From positions 1-64,000 of IMG/VR virus record IMGVR_UViG_3300005077_000010: a stretch of 64,000 bases of DNA; one strand, given 5' to 3'. The translations under genes were made by a program, and so were the position numbers. The notes under the pieces were generated by a model. The model did not search any database. It had not been told where the DNA came from and saw only the letters and a program-made list of their open reading frames with translations. Position 1 is the stretch's first letter; the number at the start of each line of letters is the position of its first letter. Positions 26,700-36,203 of this stretch are shown here, one piece after another. This stretch comes from a virus.

Positions 26700-26757
26700 A
26701 GGGCAAAAAATGTATAGGAATATTTTTGTCCGATTGATAATCCTATATCGCGGCCCT
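26700..26757 (-). ncRNA. Y RNA-like ncRNA 4 (~58 nt, minimal)
   Basis: AGGGC-CGCGA-UAUAGGA-UUAUC...UCCUAUA-CAUUUUUU-GCCCU. Confidence 0.75.
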
Positions 26758-26771
26758 CTCATTTTTAATTC

Positions 26772-26800
26772 AATGTATCATAATCTTATTAATTAGTCAA
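26772..26800 (-). promoter_or_regulatory. sigma70 promoter for Y RNA-like 4 and 3
   Basis: TTGACT-17-TACATT with TG, ~15 nt upstream of ncRNA 4. Confidence 0.7.
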
Positions 26801-26809
26801 GTACTATTA

Positions 26810-27175
26810 TTAAATTTTACGCTTTGGGGGAGGGAAAAAAATATTATTGTTAAAATAACTATCAATGTCTGTAGCATCAAGGTTGACTTGCTTTAGAACA
26901 CGCTTATTAAGCTTTTCAAAATAATACGGTACTCCCATAACTGCGGCGGTTACAGCCCTGCCAAATGCGATTTCTCTTCCACGTTTCTTATTAGGAATAT
27001 CATTAAGTGAACAAAAACTTAATCCTTTATACCAATTATCATTATAGTTAATAGAACATACAGTAATGAGTGGAACGCCTTTGTTATTTCTAAAATAGAA
27101 GAACTTAGTATTCTTAATGCTAGAAAGAATTACGGTACTCTTAAGTTTACGCAGTTTTACAGGTGGCTTTTCCAT
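26810..27175 (-). CDS. conserved phage hypothetical protein
   Basis: GLSFCS..D...K.RGREIAFGRA. Confidence 0.75.
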   Translation of the reverse strand: MEKPPVKLRKLKSTVILSSIKNTKFFYFRNNKGVPLITVCSINYNDNWYKGLSFCSLNDIPNKKRGREIAFGRAVTAAVMGVPYYFEKLNKRVLKQVNLDATDIDSYFNNNIFFPPPKRKI

Positions 27176-27304
27176 TTCATACCCCTTTCAATTTAAATGA
27201 ATTAATAGGATACATGCTATGCATCAACCATTATGACCCCACTCTACCACAAAACGCGGAGTTTGTCAAGTACTATTTTCAAAACCGTTGTTCTACTCTG
27301 TAAA

Positions 27305-27931
27305 CTATGTCGTGTATACTTTGAATTTACTTAAATCTGGATAAGGTAATTCTAAATCTTCATTATATTTAGGGGTTCCGTCAGTATTATAAAATTGTTT
27401 CATTAATAATAGTCCTCTACTAGCAACATCAGGAGTCATATAAAAATTCCATCCTAACATATCAAAATTATCATCGTGATAACTACATTCTCTTCTTCCA
27501 GAATAACGGGCGCGCCTAAACCATAAATAAGCGTAGTAATTATCAGTTAAAATTGCTCCGCCCTTACCTAGTTTTAGATGTTTATACGGACCTGTAAATG
27601 AAATACACATGTATGTTCTTGGTATATACATATTATAAGTAAAACGTAAGGCTGAATCCCATACATTAGATCCTTTTAATTGGTATGCCCCTTTTAAAAA
27701 TTTGGGGGAGTGTTCAAAATTTACTTTTCCTCCTGCGTGTATAATCTCACAAGGGACAGAAGGATAAGTACATGAAGGAATTGTTATTATTTTATTTTTA
27801 ATATCGTCAAACATTAGAGATAAAAATAATGCGTTAGATGCGTTATCAACTACAATAACATAAGGAGCTTTAGTATAATTACTAATAGCTGCCTCAAATA
27901 AATTAGTTACTTCATATAATGGATCAGACAT
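27305..27931 (-). CDS. short DegT/DnrJ/EryC1/StrS PLP-dependent sugar aminotransferase
   Basis: DNASNAL, WDSA, SF...KHL..GKGGAILTD, GWNFYM. Confidence 0.88.
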   Translation of the reverse strand: MSDPLYEVTNLFEAAISNYTKAPYVIVVDNASNALFLSLMFDDIKNKIITIPSCTYPSVPCEIIHAGGKVNFEHSPKFLKGAYQLKGSNVWDSALRFTYNMYIPRTYMCISFTGPYKHLKLGKGGAILTDNYYAYLWFRRARYSGRRECSYHDDNFDMLGWNFYMTPDVASRGLLLMKQFYNTDGTPKYNEDLELPYPDLSKFKVYTT

Positions 27932-27932
27932 T

Positions 27933-28457
27933 TTATTTAATAGCCTCTATAATAAGTTCATGGTTATATGGGCGACATTCTAAATTTTGTAGTTCTATAT
28001 AGTTACTTTCATGCCACATTACAGTTTTATAAGAACTAAACCCGCAGTTAAGTAAAACATTAGTTAGTTCATTGTAATCATATACAAATTTGTGTCCCCA
28101 ATTATGTAAGCCTTCATTGACCATTTGACACGGGGTTTTGGGGGTCCAATCAACATTTTTCCACTGATTAATTTTTTTTGATATATATTGGTGTATTAAG
28201 AATTCTAAATCTGGCGTAGATAGTCTTAAAATACCTGACGGTTTTAATAAAATATTACACTGTGTTAAAAACTTAATACCTTGTAGAAGCGTTATGTGTT
28301 CTATAAAATGTTCTGTAAATATAAAAGAAATAGTAGAAGGTTTAAATGGCAAATTAGTTTTTGTGATATCTAATTTTAAGTCACAAGGCGGATTTATATC
28401 GATGTTTATCCAGTTTTTTATATAATTTTTTCCACAACCAATATGTAAATTTTTCAT
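27933..28457 (-). CDS. class I SAM-dependent methyltransferase
   Basis: LHIGCG, NID, EHFIEH, LKPSG.L..STPD. Confidence 0.9.
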   Translation of the reverse strand: MKNLHIGCGKNYIKNWINIDINPPCDLKLDITKTNLPFKPSTISFIFTEHFIEHITLLQGIKFLTQCNILLKPSGILRLSTPDLEFLIHQYISKKINQWKNVDWTPKTPCQMVNEGLHNWGHKFVYDYNELTNVLLNCGFSSYKTVMWHESNYIELQNLECRPYNHELIIEAIK

Positions 28458-29152
28458 GTTACCCCTTTAAACTCTTGTAAATGTGAACACGTAATTTTGT
28501 TAATACATATACTTTTTAAATTATTTTTTGAAATATAACGATGCATTCTTCTCCAAAGGTCATAATCAGCCGGTAGATTTTCAGAATCTCTAAGTCGCAA
28601 TAGGATTGTTTTATAATTATAACATGTAGCTGAGTGAATTACATCCTCTGGTTTAGGTATGTAATCAACGTATAATTGATTTTTATTTTTAATATTCGGT
28701 AAAACTCTAGAAGTTGTTTTATGTGTAGATTTAGTACATATAAAATCTGCCTTATATTTGTGTATTACGTCATTAATTAAAATTAAATGAGTCTTATCCC
28801 AAATATCATCATGATCTAAATGGCATATATATGTGTATCCTTCGTTTAATGCTTGGTTAACTCCGGTGTTACATGCAGTTACACCCCCATTATTCCATTT
28901 ATATCTTTTATTATCTTTATATTTTGTGCGTTCAACGGCTATTTTAAGATTTGTTGTATATAACTCAAATTTATTAAAATACGCGTGTGAAAATTGTTCA
29001 AACTCGTTGTTATTAGTATAACAATCCCCAATAAGAAAAACTTTAAATTCTTTATGTATTTGATTATATACTGAATCTAACGTTTTAGTTAATAATTCAG
29101 GCGTTGCCCCATCTGCCCGTTGATAAGTAGCAATTACAATAGCAAATTTCAT
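28454..29152 (-). CDS. GT2-family glycosyltransferase
   Basis: IVIATYQR, HLDHDD.W, PADYDLW. Confidence 0.85.
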   Translation of the reverse strand: MKFAIVIATYQRADGATPELLTKTLDSVYNQIHKEFKVFLIGDCYTNNNEFEQFSHAYFNKFELYTTNLKIAVERTKYKDNKRYKWNNGGVTACNTGVNQALNEGYTYICHLDHDDIWDKTHLILINDVIHKYKADFICTKSTHKTTSRVLPNIKNKNQLYVDYIPKPEDVIHSATCYNYKTILLRLRDSENLPADYDLWRRMHRYISKNNLKSICINKITCSHLQEFKGVT

Positions 29153-29739
29153 GGGTTCTCCGTACTTAGCAATTTTTTTTCTAAATTAAGAAGATTTTTA
29201 GAACGATTTTTAATCTTTTTAGCAGGAATTCCTGCATAAATACCCCAATCTGATAAATTTTTTGTAACTAAAGATAAAGCCCCTACGGCAACGCCCACCC
29301 CAACTGTAATATTAGGAAATACCACACAATTAGAACCAAGTATAGCATGTTTTTTAATAATAACTGGACCTTTAGTTACATTTAAATATTTTTTTGGTAT
29401 TGTAGGGCCAGTAAGAAATTCTCCACTGTAATCATCTGATCTGCTATAAATTTTTCCGCCTTGTGATAGCGCACTGAACGCTTCAAATTCAATTCCGTCT
29501 CCTCCTGATAAAAAACAATAACCTCCTATGTGTATGTAAGAATGTAGATTAATCCACCCATTATCTGGAGCAATTAAAGAACAAAAAGGATCAATACGTA
29601 TATTATTTCCAATAGATATGTTTTCTATCCCTACTATATTACAATTTTTGGCTATTAATACATTTTTGCCCAATGATTTAAATGGTACTGAGTTTAAATC
29701 GTGTTCCGTATAATAGCCAACTGAAAAAATGTTATTCAT
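29149..29739 (-). CDS. hexapeptide-repeat sugar O-acetyltransferase
   Basis: left-handed beta-helix repeats, GIPAK.IK.R. Confidence 0.9.
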   Translation of the reverse strand: MNNIFSVGYYTEHDLNSVPFKSLGKNVLIAKNCNIVGIENISIGNNIRIDPFCSLIAPDNGWINLHSYIHIGGYCFLSGGDGIEFEAFSALSQGGKIYSRSDDYSGEFLTGPTIPKKYLNVTKGPVIIKKHAILGSNCVVFPNITVGVGVAVGALSLVTKNLSDWGIYAGIPAKKIKNRSKNLLNLEKKLLSTENP

Positions 29740-30658
29740 TTAATATCTCCTGTAACTTACAAATAAACTCTTGACCACGAATATCTGCTGTATGATTATT
29801 ATGTACTAAATTATAACCGTTATTGGATAATTCATTTAGTTTATTTTTATCATTTAGTGTACAGGCTAATTGTTCTTTAATAGGTTTATCTAATGTTAAT
29901 TCTATCATATTAACATCATTTATAAAACCTAAATCTGTTAATTCTGGAATATAGGAGGAACATAAAATAGAATTACACGCGGGAATTTCAAATGTTTTTA
30001 GCACTACGTAATTTAAAATAGAAGTACAACTAATAGAATAAATTGATTTATTTAAAAGTTGAGCATATTGAATTTCCATAGGCCAATTATGAATAGATGC
30101 TGTATAACCAGGGTGGGGAATGTATGTATAACCAGAATATCCGCTTAGTTCTATATATACTTTATTTCTTAGTGGGTAATAAGGAGTGGTAATTGCCCCA
30201 GTTTGTAAAATTATAAACTCTTTTTTAAGTTTATAGTCTTTAAATATTGCTGTATCAATACAAAACGGATTCCATATAATTTTTAGTTTTTTAAAAATAT
30301 AAGGGTGTAAAGATTTTAAAGGAGAATAATAAGTGGTTGCCCCAGCATTAAATCCGTAAGCTATATAAGTAGCTATAGCATTTTTAATATATTTTCCGTG
30401 TAAGTCATTTAAAAAAAATATTTTAGGTATATTTATTTTTTTCCACCCTATAAAGTTCAGTAAATATATATCAGTATAAACAAGATCGTAATTATTGTTT
30501 ATATATGTGTAATTTTGTAACAATTCTGGCGGGTTGTTATCATTTTCAACAAAAATTGAGGTAACATCTGCAAACTTAGACACAGCCAACCTAAATCCTT
30601 TAAAATAATGATTTAAAATTCTATTTGTTTTATCTCGTGTTACCCATAAAATTCGCAT
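29732..30658 (-). CDS. CgeB-like GT-B glycosyltransferase
   Basis: DLH, YPLR, HPGY, KTFEIPAC, HT...R. Confidence 0.8.
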   Translation of the reverse strand: MRILWVTRDKTNRILNHYFKGFRLAVSKFADVTSIFVENDNNPPELLQNYTYINNNYDLVYTDIYLLNFIGWKKINIPKIFFLNDLHGKYIKNAIATYIAYGFNAGATTYYSPLKSLHPYIFKKLKIIWNPFCIDTAIFKDYKLKKEFIILQTGAITTPYYPLRNKVYIELSGYSGYTYIPHPGYTASIHNWPMEIQYAQLLNKSIYSISCTSILNYVVLKTFEIPACNSILCSSYIPELTDLGFINDVNMIELTLDKPIKEQLACTLNDKNKLNELSNNGYNLVHNNHTADIRGQEFICKLQEILNE

Positions 30659-30670
30659 TAGTAACTGTCC

Positions 30671-31558
30671 TTATTTTTTTAATACGCTAATTTTTTTTAG
30701 TGCTTTTTCTAGATACATAGTATTTGAGTAATTATATTTTAAATCTTTTGCAACTTCTGTTTGAAATTGTATTCTTTCTTTTATATGTGTAGCCCAATAA
30801 TTAATTGTAGAACTTAACTCAATATTAGGTGCTATAATCATATGTTTATTAGGAATAAAAGGATTATATGAGTTATGTTTATTACACAACACTAATTTGT
30901 GTTTACAGGCGATTAGTAAGTAGTGCAACGGCGGAAATTTATAATTTTCATAAGCTTTAATTATTAAATTTATTTTAGAATTTAGTATTAAGTTATCTCT
31001 TATTGCTCCATAAACATTTGTATAATTAACTATTTTAAGTTTACTAACTACAATTTGCCGGTATTCTGTCATTGTCCCAAATGTAAATACCGTGTTTTGT
31101 TTACTATTTGGATATATTATACTACTGGAGTTATTATTGCTATAGGCTTGTGACCAGCCTAGGGGGCAAGAAATTAAATTCTGTGTTCTATTTAATAACT
31201 TATTAGGTAAAAATGTATAAAATATGTAATCAAACTTAATTTCTACTTTACTAAGGCGCTTTAATATACTCGTTTGTTCTAATAATACTAAAATATTAAT
31301 AGAAGACCTGTAGCGTTTTATATACATATGTTGAAATCTTTCATGATGTAGTAGTTTAAACCGTCCTACAATAAAAAAATTTAAGTCGCTTACAGGTGGT
31401 AGTTTGGTGCTATCCATATCTATAATAAATACTGTATTAACAACGTTTATTCCTAGTTGTGTTAATGATTGTTTATAGGCTTGTGCTAATTCAATAAAAG
31501 TTAAAGCACTACCAAAAATAATAAGATTACATTTAATCATTTTTGTCATTACCGCCAA
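30671..31558 (-). CDS. putative glycosyltransferase
   Basis: GT-B C-terminal pattern (FG..T.YR...YG..RD.....SKINL); cluster context. Confidence 0.55.
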   Translation of the reverse strand: MAVMTKMIKCNLIIFGSALTFIELAQAYKQSLTQLGINVVNTVFIIDMDSTKLPPVSDLNFFIVGRFKLLHHERFQHMYIKRYRSSINILVLLEQTSILKRLSKVEIKFDYIFYTFLPNKLLNRTQNLISCPLGWSQAYSNNNSSSIIYPNSKQNTVFTFGTMTEYRQIVVSKLKIVNYTNVYGAIRDNLILNSKINLIIKAYENYKFPPLHYLLIACKHKLVLCNKHNSYNPFIPNKHMIIAPNIELSSTINYWATHIKERIQFQTEVAKDLKYNYSNTMYLEKALKKISVLKK

Positions 31559-32615
31559 GTATTAATCTATTATTAATTAAGTGTACCGTTGTAGTTTTTA
31601 TGCTGTTGTCTCTTTTTTTATGTTTTTTATTTCGCATAGGTAACGCATTATATTCGTCTTTTGTCCTCCATAAATCTAAGGATTTCTTCTTCTTTTTTGG
31701 AACGGTAGATAAAGGTATTATAGGTGGCTGGATAAGTAAAGGTACGGGCGGATAAACTTCTTTATTTTCATTACCGTTTTCGTTATCGTTTTCGTTATCA
31801 TTATTATTATAATCATAGAACCAATAATTATTTTGTGATTGGGTATCTGTACAAAATATTTGATTATTTTTATTTCCCCATGAATATATTAAATTATTAT
31901 GATGCTCTTCCCAATTATCTTTAGTAAACGACTTAAAAAGTTTTAATTTTTTTAACACCTGTAACTCTTTCTTAGTTGTTTTTGGGTGAAATAAATGCCA
32001 TATTTCTTCATTAATTTGATCTAAAGTATACCCATATGCTTTAAGCTTAAATACAAAAGCATTATCTTCTCCTCCCCAAGACGGGTAAAAGTCTTCAGGA
32101 ACGCCGTTAATACTAAAAAATACCTCACGCTTAACAACTGTAATTCCTCCAGCTGCGGCGGATACTTTAGGAATAAAAACCTTTGTAACCTCTAAATTAT
32201 TCAGGCTCTTAGTGACCATGTATTTTTTAGTAGCATCGTCTGATAAGTAATTAATTTTTTTCCACCCAAACGCACAATTTCCAGTATACTTTTTCAGCTT
32301 TTCTACCCAATCAGTAGAAATTATAATATCATTATCTATTAATATAATATAATTCCCAATAGATAAATAACGTACCGCTAAGTTTAATACCCACGCTCTA
32401 TGAAATTCTCCTTCAGATTTTATGTATAAATATTTAATATTATTATCATTTATTAAATCTAAAGACTCTAAATAACTTTTCGGTCCTGTTTCACATATGC
32501 ATATTTCAGAATTAATATTTTTAGTTAAGTTTACTAGTTGGTCAATACAAAATAAAATATAATCATAGTTTTTACGTAATTCATGATATTTATAAGGTAT
32601 AATAAACGAATACAT
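31533..32615 (-). CDS. GT2/GT7-like galactosyltransferase with basic C-terminal tail
   Basis: SFIIPY, F.RA...N, DND, WGGED, HL.H. Confidence 0.85.
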   Translation of the reverse strand: MYSFIIPYKYHELRKNYDYILFCIDQLVNLTKNINSEICICETGPKSYLESLDLINDNNIKYLYIKSEGEFHRAWVLNLAVRYLSIGNYIILIDNDIIISTDWVEKLKKYTGNCAFGWKKINYLSDDATKKYMVTKSLNNLEVTKVFIPKVSAAAGGITVVKREVFFSINGVPEDFYPSWGGEDNAFVFKLKAYGYTLDQINEEIWHLFHPKTTKKELQVLKKLKLFKSFTKDNWEEHHNNLIYSWGNKNNQIFCTDTQSQNNYWFYDYNNNDNENDNENGNENKEVYPPVPLLIQPPIIPLSTVPKKKKKSLDLWRTKDEYNALPMRNKKHKKRDNSIKTTTVHLINNRLILGGNDKND

Positions 32616-32630
32616 TTTTAGTTGGTTATC

Positions 32631-33638
32631 CTATAAAGAATTTAAAAACTTTGTGAACCTTTCACATCTAATTTGCATTGTATGGTATTTATGTACCATA
32701 TTAAATCCGTTTTTTGTTATTTCACTTATGTCTTTACGATTAAGTATTGTAGTAATTTGCGAATTTAAATTAGTATTATTGTAAATTACACACATAGTAC
32801 TGTGATTAAATCCTAGTTCTTCTAATTCTGAAGTTAAATTACCAATTAATAAAGTATAACTTGCAGGAATTTCAAAATACTTACTAACCGCATAGTTATA
32901 CACACTTGAGGTGCTTATTGCTCCTATATAAGTATTAAGTAACTTAGAATATTCTTGTAATCTGTAAGGAGTTTGTGCTTTGTTATCTATAAAATTATTA
33001 TGGTAATGCGGTAACGTTGTTATTAATTTTGAATTTATTTTACTTATTTTAAGTAACTCGCACCGTAATGGATAATGTCCTTTATTTATTCGTCCAGATA
33101 ATAGTACATTATTTGTTTTTTTATTATTCCAATTTTTAAAAATAGTAGGATCAATTGCTAAAGGTAACCATAATGAATGTTTAATATGACTATATACTAA
33201 GTTAGTTAATATTTGTTGTTGTGTGGCGTATTTATATGTATAAACAAGATAATTGTACTTATGAAGCACCAAAGATTTTTTACGCAGTTTACTGATTTTA
33301 TTATTATGCACATCATTAATTAATGCTATTTTAGGTTTATTAATATCATGAAGATTAATATCAGGGTAAACTCCCAATGCGTCAGTAATTATGCAGTCAT
33401 AAGTGCTAGAATGTAACAAGTCATTTATATTTTGTGTATCAGGTAGTTTATTTATGTTATTGTTTATGTTTATTATATAATTACTTTCTAAAGTATACTG
33501 TTCTGGTTCGCGTAAAACTACATGTATATTATGCTGCTTTTTCATATACTTTAATAGTAAAGGATAATATTGAAATGCCCTATGTGGTCGATTTACCGAT
33601 AGCCATATGATATTTAAGGAATTATTATCCGCTGCCAT
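32631..33638 (-). CDS. CgeB-like GT-B glycosyltransferase
   Basis: DVH, YPLR, KYFEIPA, HT...R; paralog of 29732. Confidence 0.8.
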   Translation of the reverse strand: MAADNNSLNIIWLSVNRPHRAFQYYPLLLKYMKKQHNIHVVLREPEQYTLESNYIININNNINKLPDTQNINDLLHSSTYDCIITDALGVYPDINLHDINKPKIALINDVHNNKISKLRKKSLVLHKYNYLVYTYKYATQQQILTNLVYSHIKHSLWLPLAIDPTIFKNWNNKKTNNVLLSGRINKGHYPLRCELLKISKINSKLITTLPHYHNNFIDNKAQTPYRLQEYSKLLNTYIGAISTSSVYNYAVSKYFEIPASYTLLIGNLTSELEELGFNHSTMCVIYNNTNLNSQITTILNRKDISEITKNGFNMVHKYHTMQIRCERFTKFLNSL

Positions 33639-34423
33639 TTATTATAATATCTCTCTTTACTAATTGTTGTTATTTTTTTATCGTGCCGTATCTTACTATA
33701 TTCTTTAGAATTATGCCCTGTATTAACTGCTTTAAGTCCTTTAACAGCTAACATCGCAATTTTCCAGTTGTTATGTACCATCTGCGCGCAAAAATCCATA
33801 TCTCCCCATCCTATATAATATTCAGGATCTAAATTACATGTTTTAAATACTTCCTTTCGTACACACATTGTTGCTGATCCTATAGCTTTGACATCTTCTA
33901 TAATTTTTTGTGGAGAACGGTGAACTAACATATTGTTTTGTTCTTCCCACACAGCCGTCCAAGGATCTAACCATAATCCTACTGCACCTATTGTTGGATT
34001 ATCTACTAATATAGAAATTAAACTTTCAATACCATAACGCGGCATATGAATATCATCGTCTAATGTTAAAATAAATTCACTATCAAAATGATTTAATGCT
34101 CTATTAACTACATCGTGGCGCGGAATACCTGAACCGTGATTTTTATAAGTAAATTGCACATCATAATTTTTATAACCCCTATGTAGAAGTTCTAAAACTT
34201 TTAGTTGGTATTCTAATGGCATTTGATCAACCGCTTGTACTCTTAAGCAGATATTAATAGGGATACAGGCTGTTTTAGCATTAATTTTTAGTGTACTAAA
34301 TAAATCTTTATACCTAAAAAGAGATAATGTGGCTAATGTTACTATTGGAGGATTATTAATTATGTTAACTATTGTTTGTTTATTTAATACTCCTTCGCTA
34401 TTAGCAATGATAACATCTAGCAT
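33614..34423 (-). CDS. GT2-family glycosyltransferase
   Basis: LTLDDD, GWGDMDF. Confidence 0.8.
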   Translation of the reverse strand: MLDVIIANSEGVLNKQTIVNIINNPPIVTLATLSLFRYKDLFSTLKINAKTACIPINICLRVQAVDQMPLEYQLKVLELLHRGYKNYDVQFTYKNHGSGIPRHDVVNRALNHFDSEFILTLDDDIHMPRYGIESLISILVDNPTIGAVGLWLDPWTAVWEEQNNMLVHRSPQKIIEDVKAIGSATMCVRKEVFKTCNLDPEYYIGWGDMDFCAQMVHNNWKIAMLAVKGLKAVNTGHNSKEYSKIRHDKKITTISKERYYNKWQRIIIP

Positions 34424-35040
34424 TATTTTACTCCTCTGTAATTTAAATGTTCTAATATTAAATTATACAATATATAATCCTGTTTATTATAAGAACGTAT
34501 AATTTCTTTATCACTATCCGATACTTTTTGTTTATTTATTCCTATATTATAATTAGGATAAGAAGTCGGTAAAGATAAATTAAATACGTCCTGAAATCTT
34601 TTTAAAGAATCTGTATAAAATTCTTGAACTCCTATAAATGTGTATTTTGAAATATCATTTCCCATATACGTTGTCATTTGATTCGGGATTATGCGGGCAA
34701 ATTCAGTAATACCTATTTTATTTTTAAACTTTTTTATTTGTGACGGCCCTATATTAACATATTTTGTGTTTTCTGTGTAAAAAGCCCAAAAATAATGAGA
34801 AATTACTCGCTCAATGGGATCTCGTACCCATGTAATAAAAGACCGCGCACCTAACCCGCATTTTATAGCTTTATCATAACTAAAATGCCCCAAAATAACA
34901 TTAAATTGAGCAATTTGTTTATTCTTAGGTATTCCTTGAATATAGTGTTCTTGATATATATTTTTTATTAGTTTATGAAAGGTTCCACCCCCCGTTTTTG
35001 GTATATGAATAAAAACAAATTGTGGTAACGTTTTAGTCAT
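34423..35040 (-). CDS. sulfotransferase family protein
   Basis: FIHIPKTGGGT (5'-PSB) and VRDPIERVIS.Y (3'-PB). Confidence 0.9.
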   Translation of the reverse strand: MTKTLPQFVFIHIPKTGGGTFHKLIKNIYQEHYIQGIPKNKQIAQFNVILGHFSYDKAIKCGLGARSFITWVRDPIERVISHYFWAFYTENTKYVNIGPSQIKKFKNKIGITEFARIIPNQMTTYMGNDISKYTFIGVQEFYTDSLKRFQDVFNLSLPTSYPNYNIGINKQKVSDSDKEIIRSYNKQDYILYNLILEHLNYRGVK

Positions 35041-35606
35041 TATATATCCTCTGGTTTTCCAAACGATTTTTGCTGTGTTTGTGCCATTATATTGGTTAAC
35101 CATCTTATTTTACTGCGGTCTAATTCGGATACTACACCTTCTAAAAAATCAAAATCTCCAGATACTCCTGTAGCACATAAATTAATATATTTTTTATATA
35201 ATTCTGTTTTAACACAATAATTAAATGACCCAATTAAAAATTTTACAGGTTGGTCATTCCATCTAGTGTCAATAGGAGGAAGTACAAAATCAATTTCAGT
35301 AAAATATCCTCTCCAAATGATTAGTTCAGGAGAAAAAAACTTATCAACATTTTTAATTGTTTTAATAAAGCTTTTGTTAGTAATCATATCGTCATCGTCT
35401 AAAACTAATACAAATTTACCATTAATATATTCTTTATACTTATTTAAAGCCTTGTCTGCTGCGGCTAAACCATGCCCTACTTTGTCTACTATAAATATTT
35501 GTTCATAATCTGGATCTGTTTGTATTTTTAAAGATCGTATATTATTTTGTAGACATTTTGGTTTTTTATAACATCTAGTTACTACTGTTAGAAATGGAGA
35601 ACTCAT
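35040..35606 (-). CDS. GT2-family glycosyltransferase, paralog of 15500-16102
   Basis: N-terminal half nearly identical to the 15500 gene. Confidence 0.85.
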   Translation of the reverse strand: MSSPFLTVVTRCYKKPKCLQNNIRSLKIQTDPDYEQIFIVDKVGHGLAAADKALNKYKEYINGKFVLVLDDDDMITNKSFIKTIKNVDKFFSPELIIWRGYFTEIDFVLPPIDTRWNDQPVKFLIGSFNYCVKTELYKKYINLCATGVSGDFDFLEGVVSELDRSKIRWLTNIMAQTQQKSFGKPEDI

Positions 35607-36202
35607 TCTTTTTGTCCTTTATCTTTCGTTTTATAATAATCAAAAATACTTTGCTCAATTATATATTTCCTTGTTCCCATATCTGTATCAAGTATATAAA
35701 CAGTATTATCAAAAGTCATATGTCCATCCATCTCAAATAACAATCCTTTTACTATATAAAATACTCTTAACTGCTCACAAATATCAGATGGAGACAATAA
35801 ATCTTGCTGTACGTCAAATAAAGGATTTATACAAAAAATAATATCATAAGTTTTACGTGCATGAATTGTTGCTTTATGTTGGTAGTGTAAAACTTCAGTA
35901 GTATCTAAATTATTATTAAACGCTAGTAAATAACCTAAATTATCTAGTGTTGATCTATCTGATACAAATCCTTTACTCTTATGTTTAGTTTCCCAATATG
36001 TTTTATGATTTAATAACTCTTTTTGAAAATTAAAATTATCTTTTCTTGCATTTATTAAACTTCCATCATATTGATCATTAATTAGTCTACGTGTTTGGTT
36101 TAAATAAGAATATTCATAATTATACTTCTTAATTACCCATTCTGCAAGCGTCGTTTTTCCACTACAATTTCCACCAACAAATACAATATTAGGTTTTCGC
36201 AT
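35603..36202 (-). CDS. P-loop nucleotide kinase-like protein (AAA_28/NadR type)
   Basis: GGNCSGKTT, VSDRS.LD...Y. Confidence 0.8.
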   Translation of the reverse strand: MRKPNIVFVGGNCSGKTTLAEWVIKKYNYEYSYLNQTRRLINDQYDGSLINARKDNFNFQKELLNHKTYWETKHKSKGFVSDRSTLDNLGYLLAFNNNLDTTEVLHYQHKATIHARKTYDIIFCINPLFDVQQDLLSPSDICEQLRVFYIVKGLLFEMDGHMTFDNTVYILDTDMGTRKYIIEQSIFDYYKTKDKGQKE

Positions 36203-36203
36203 A

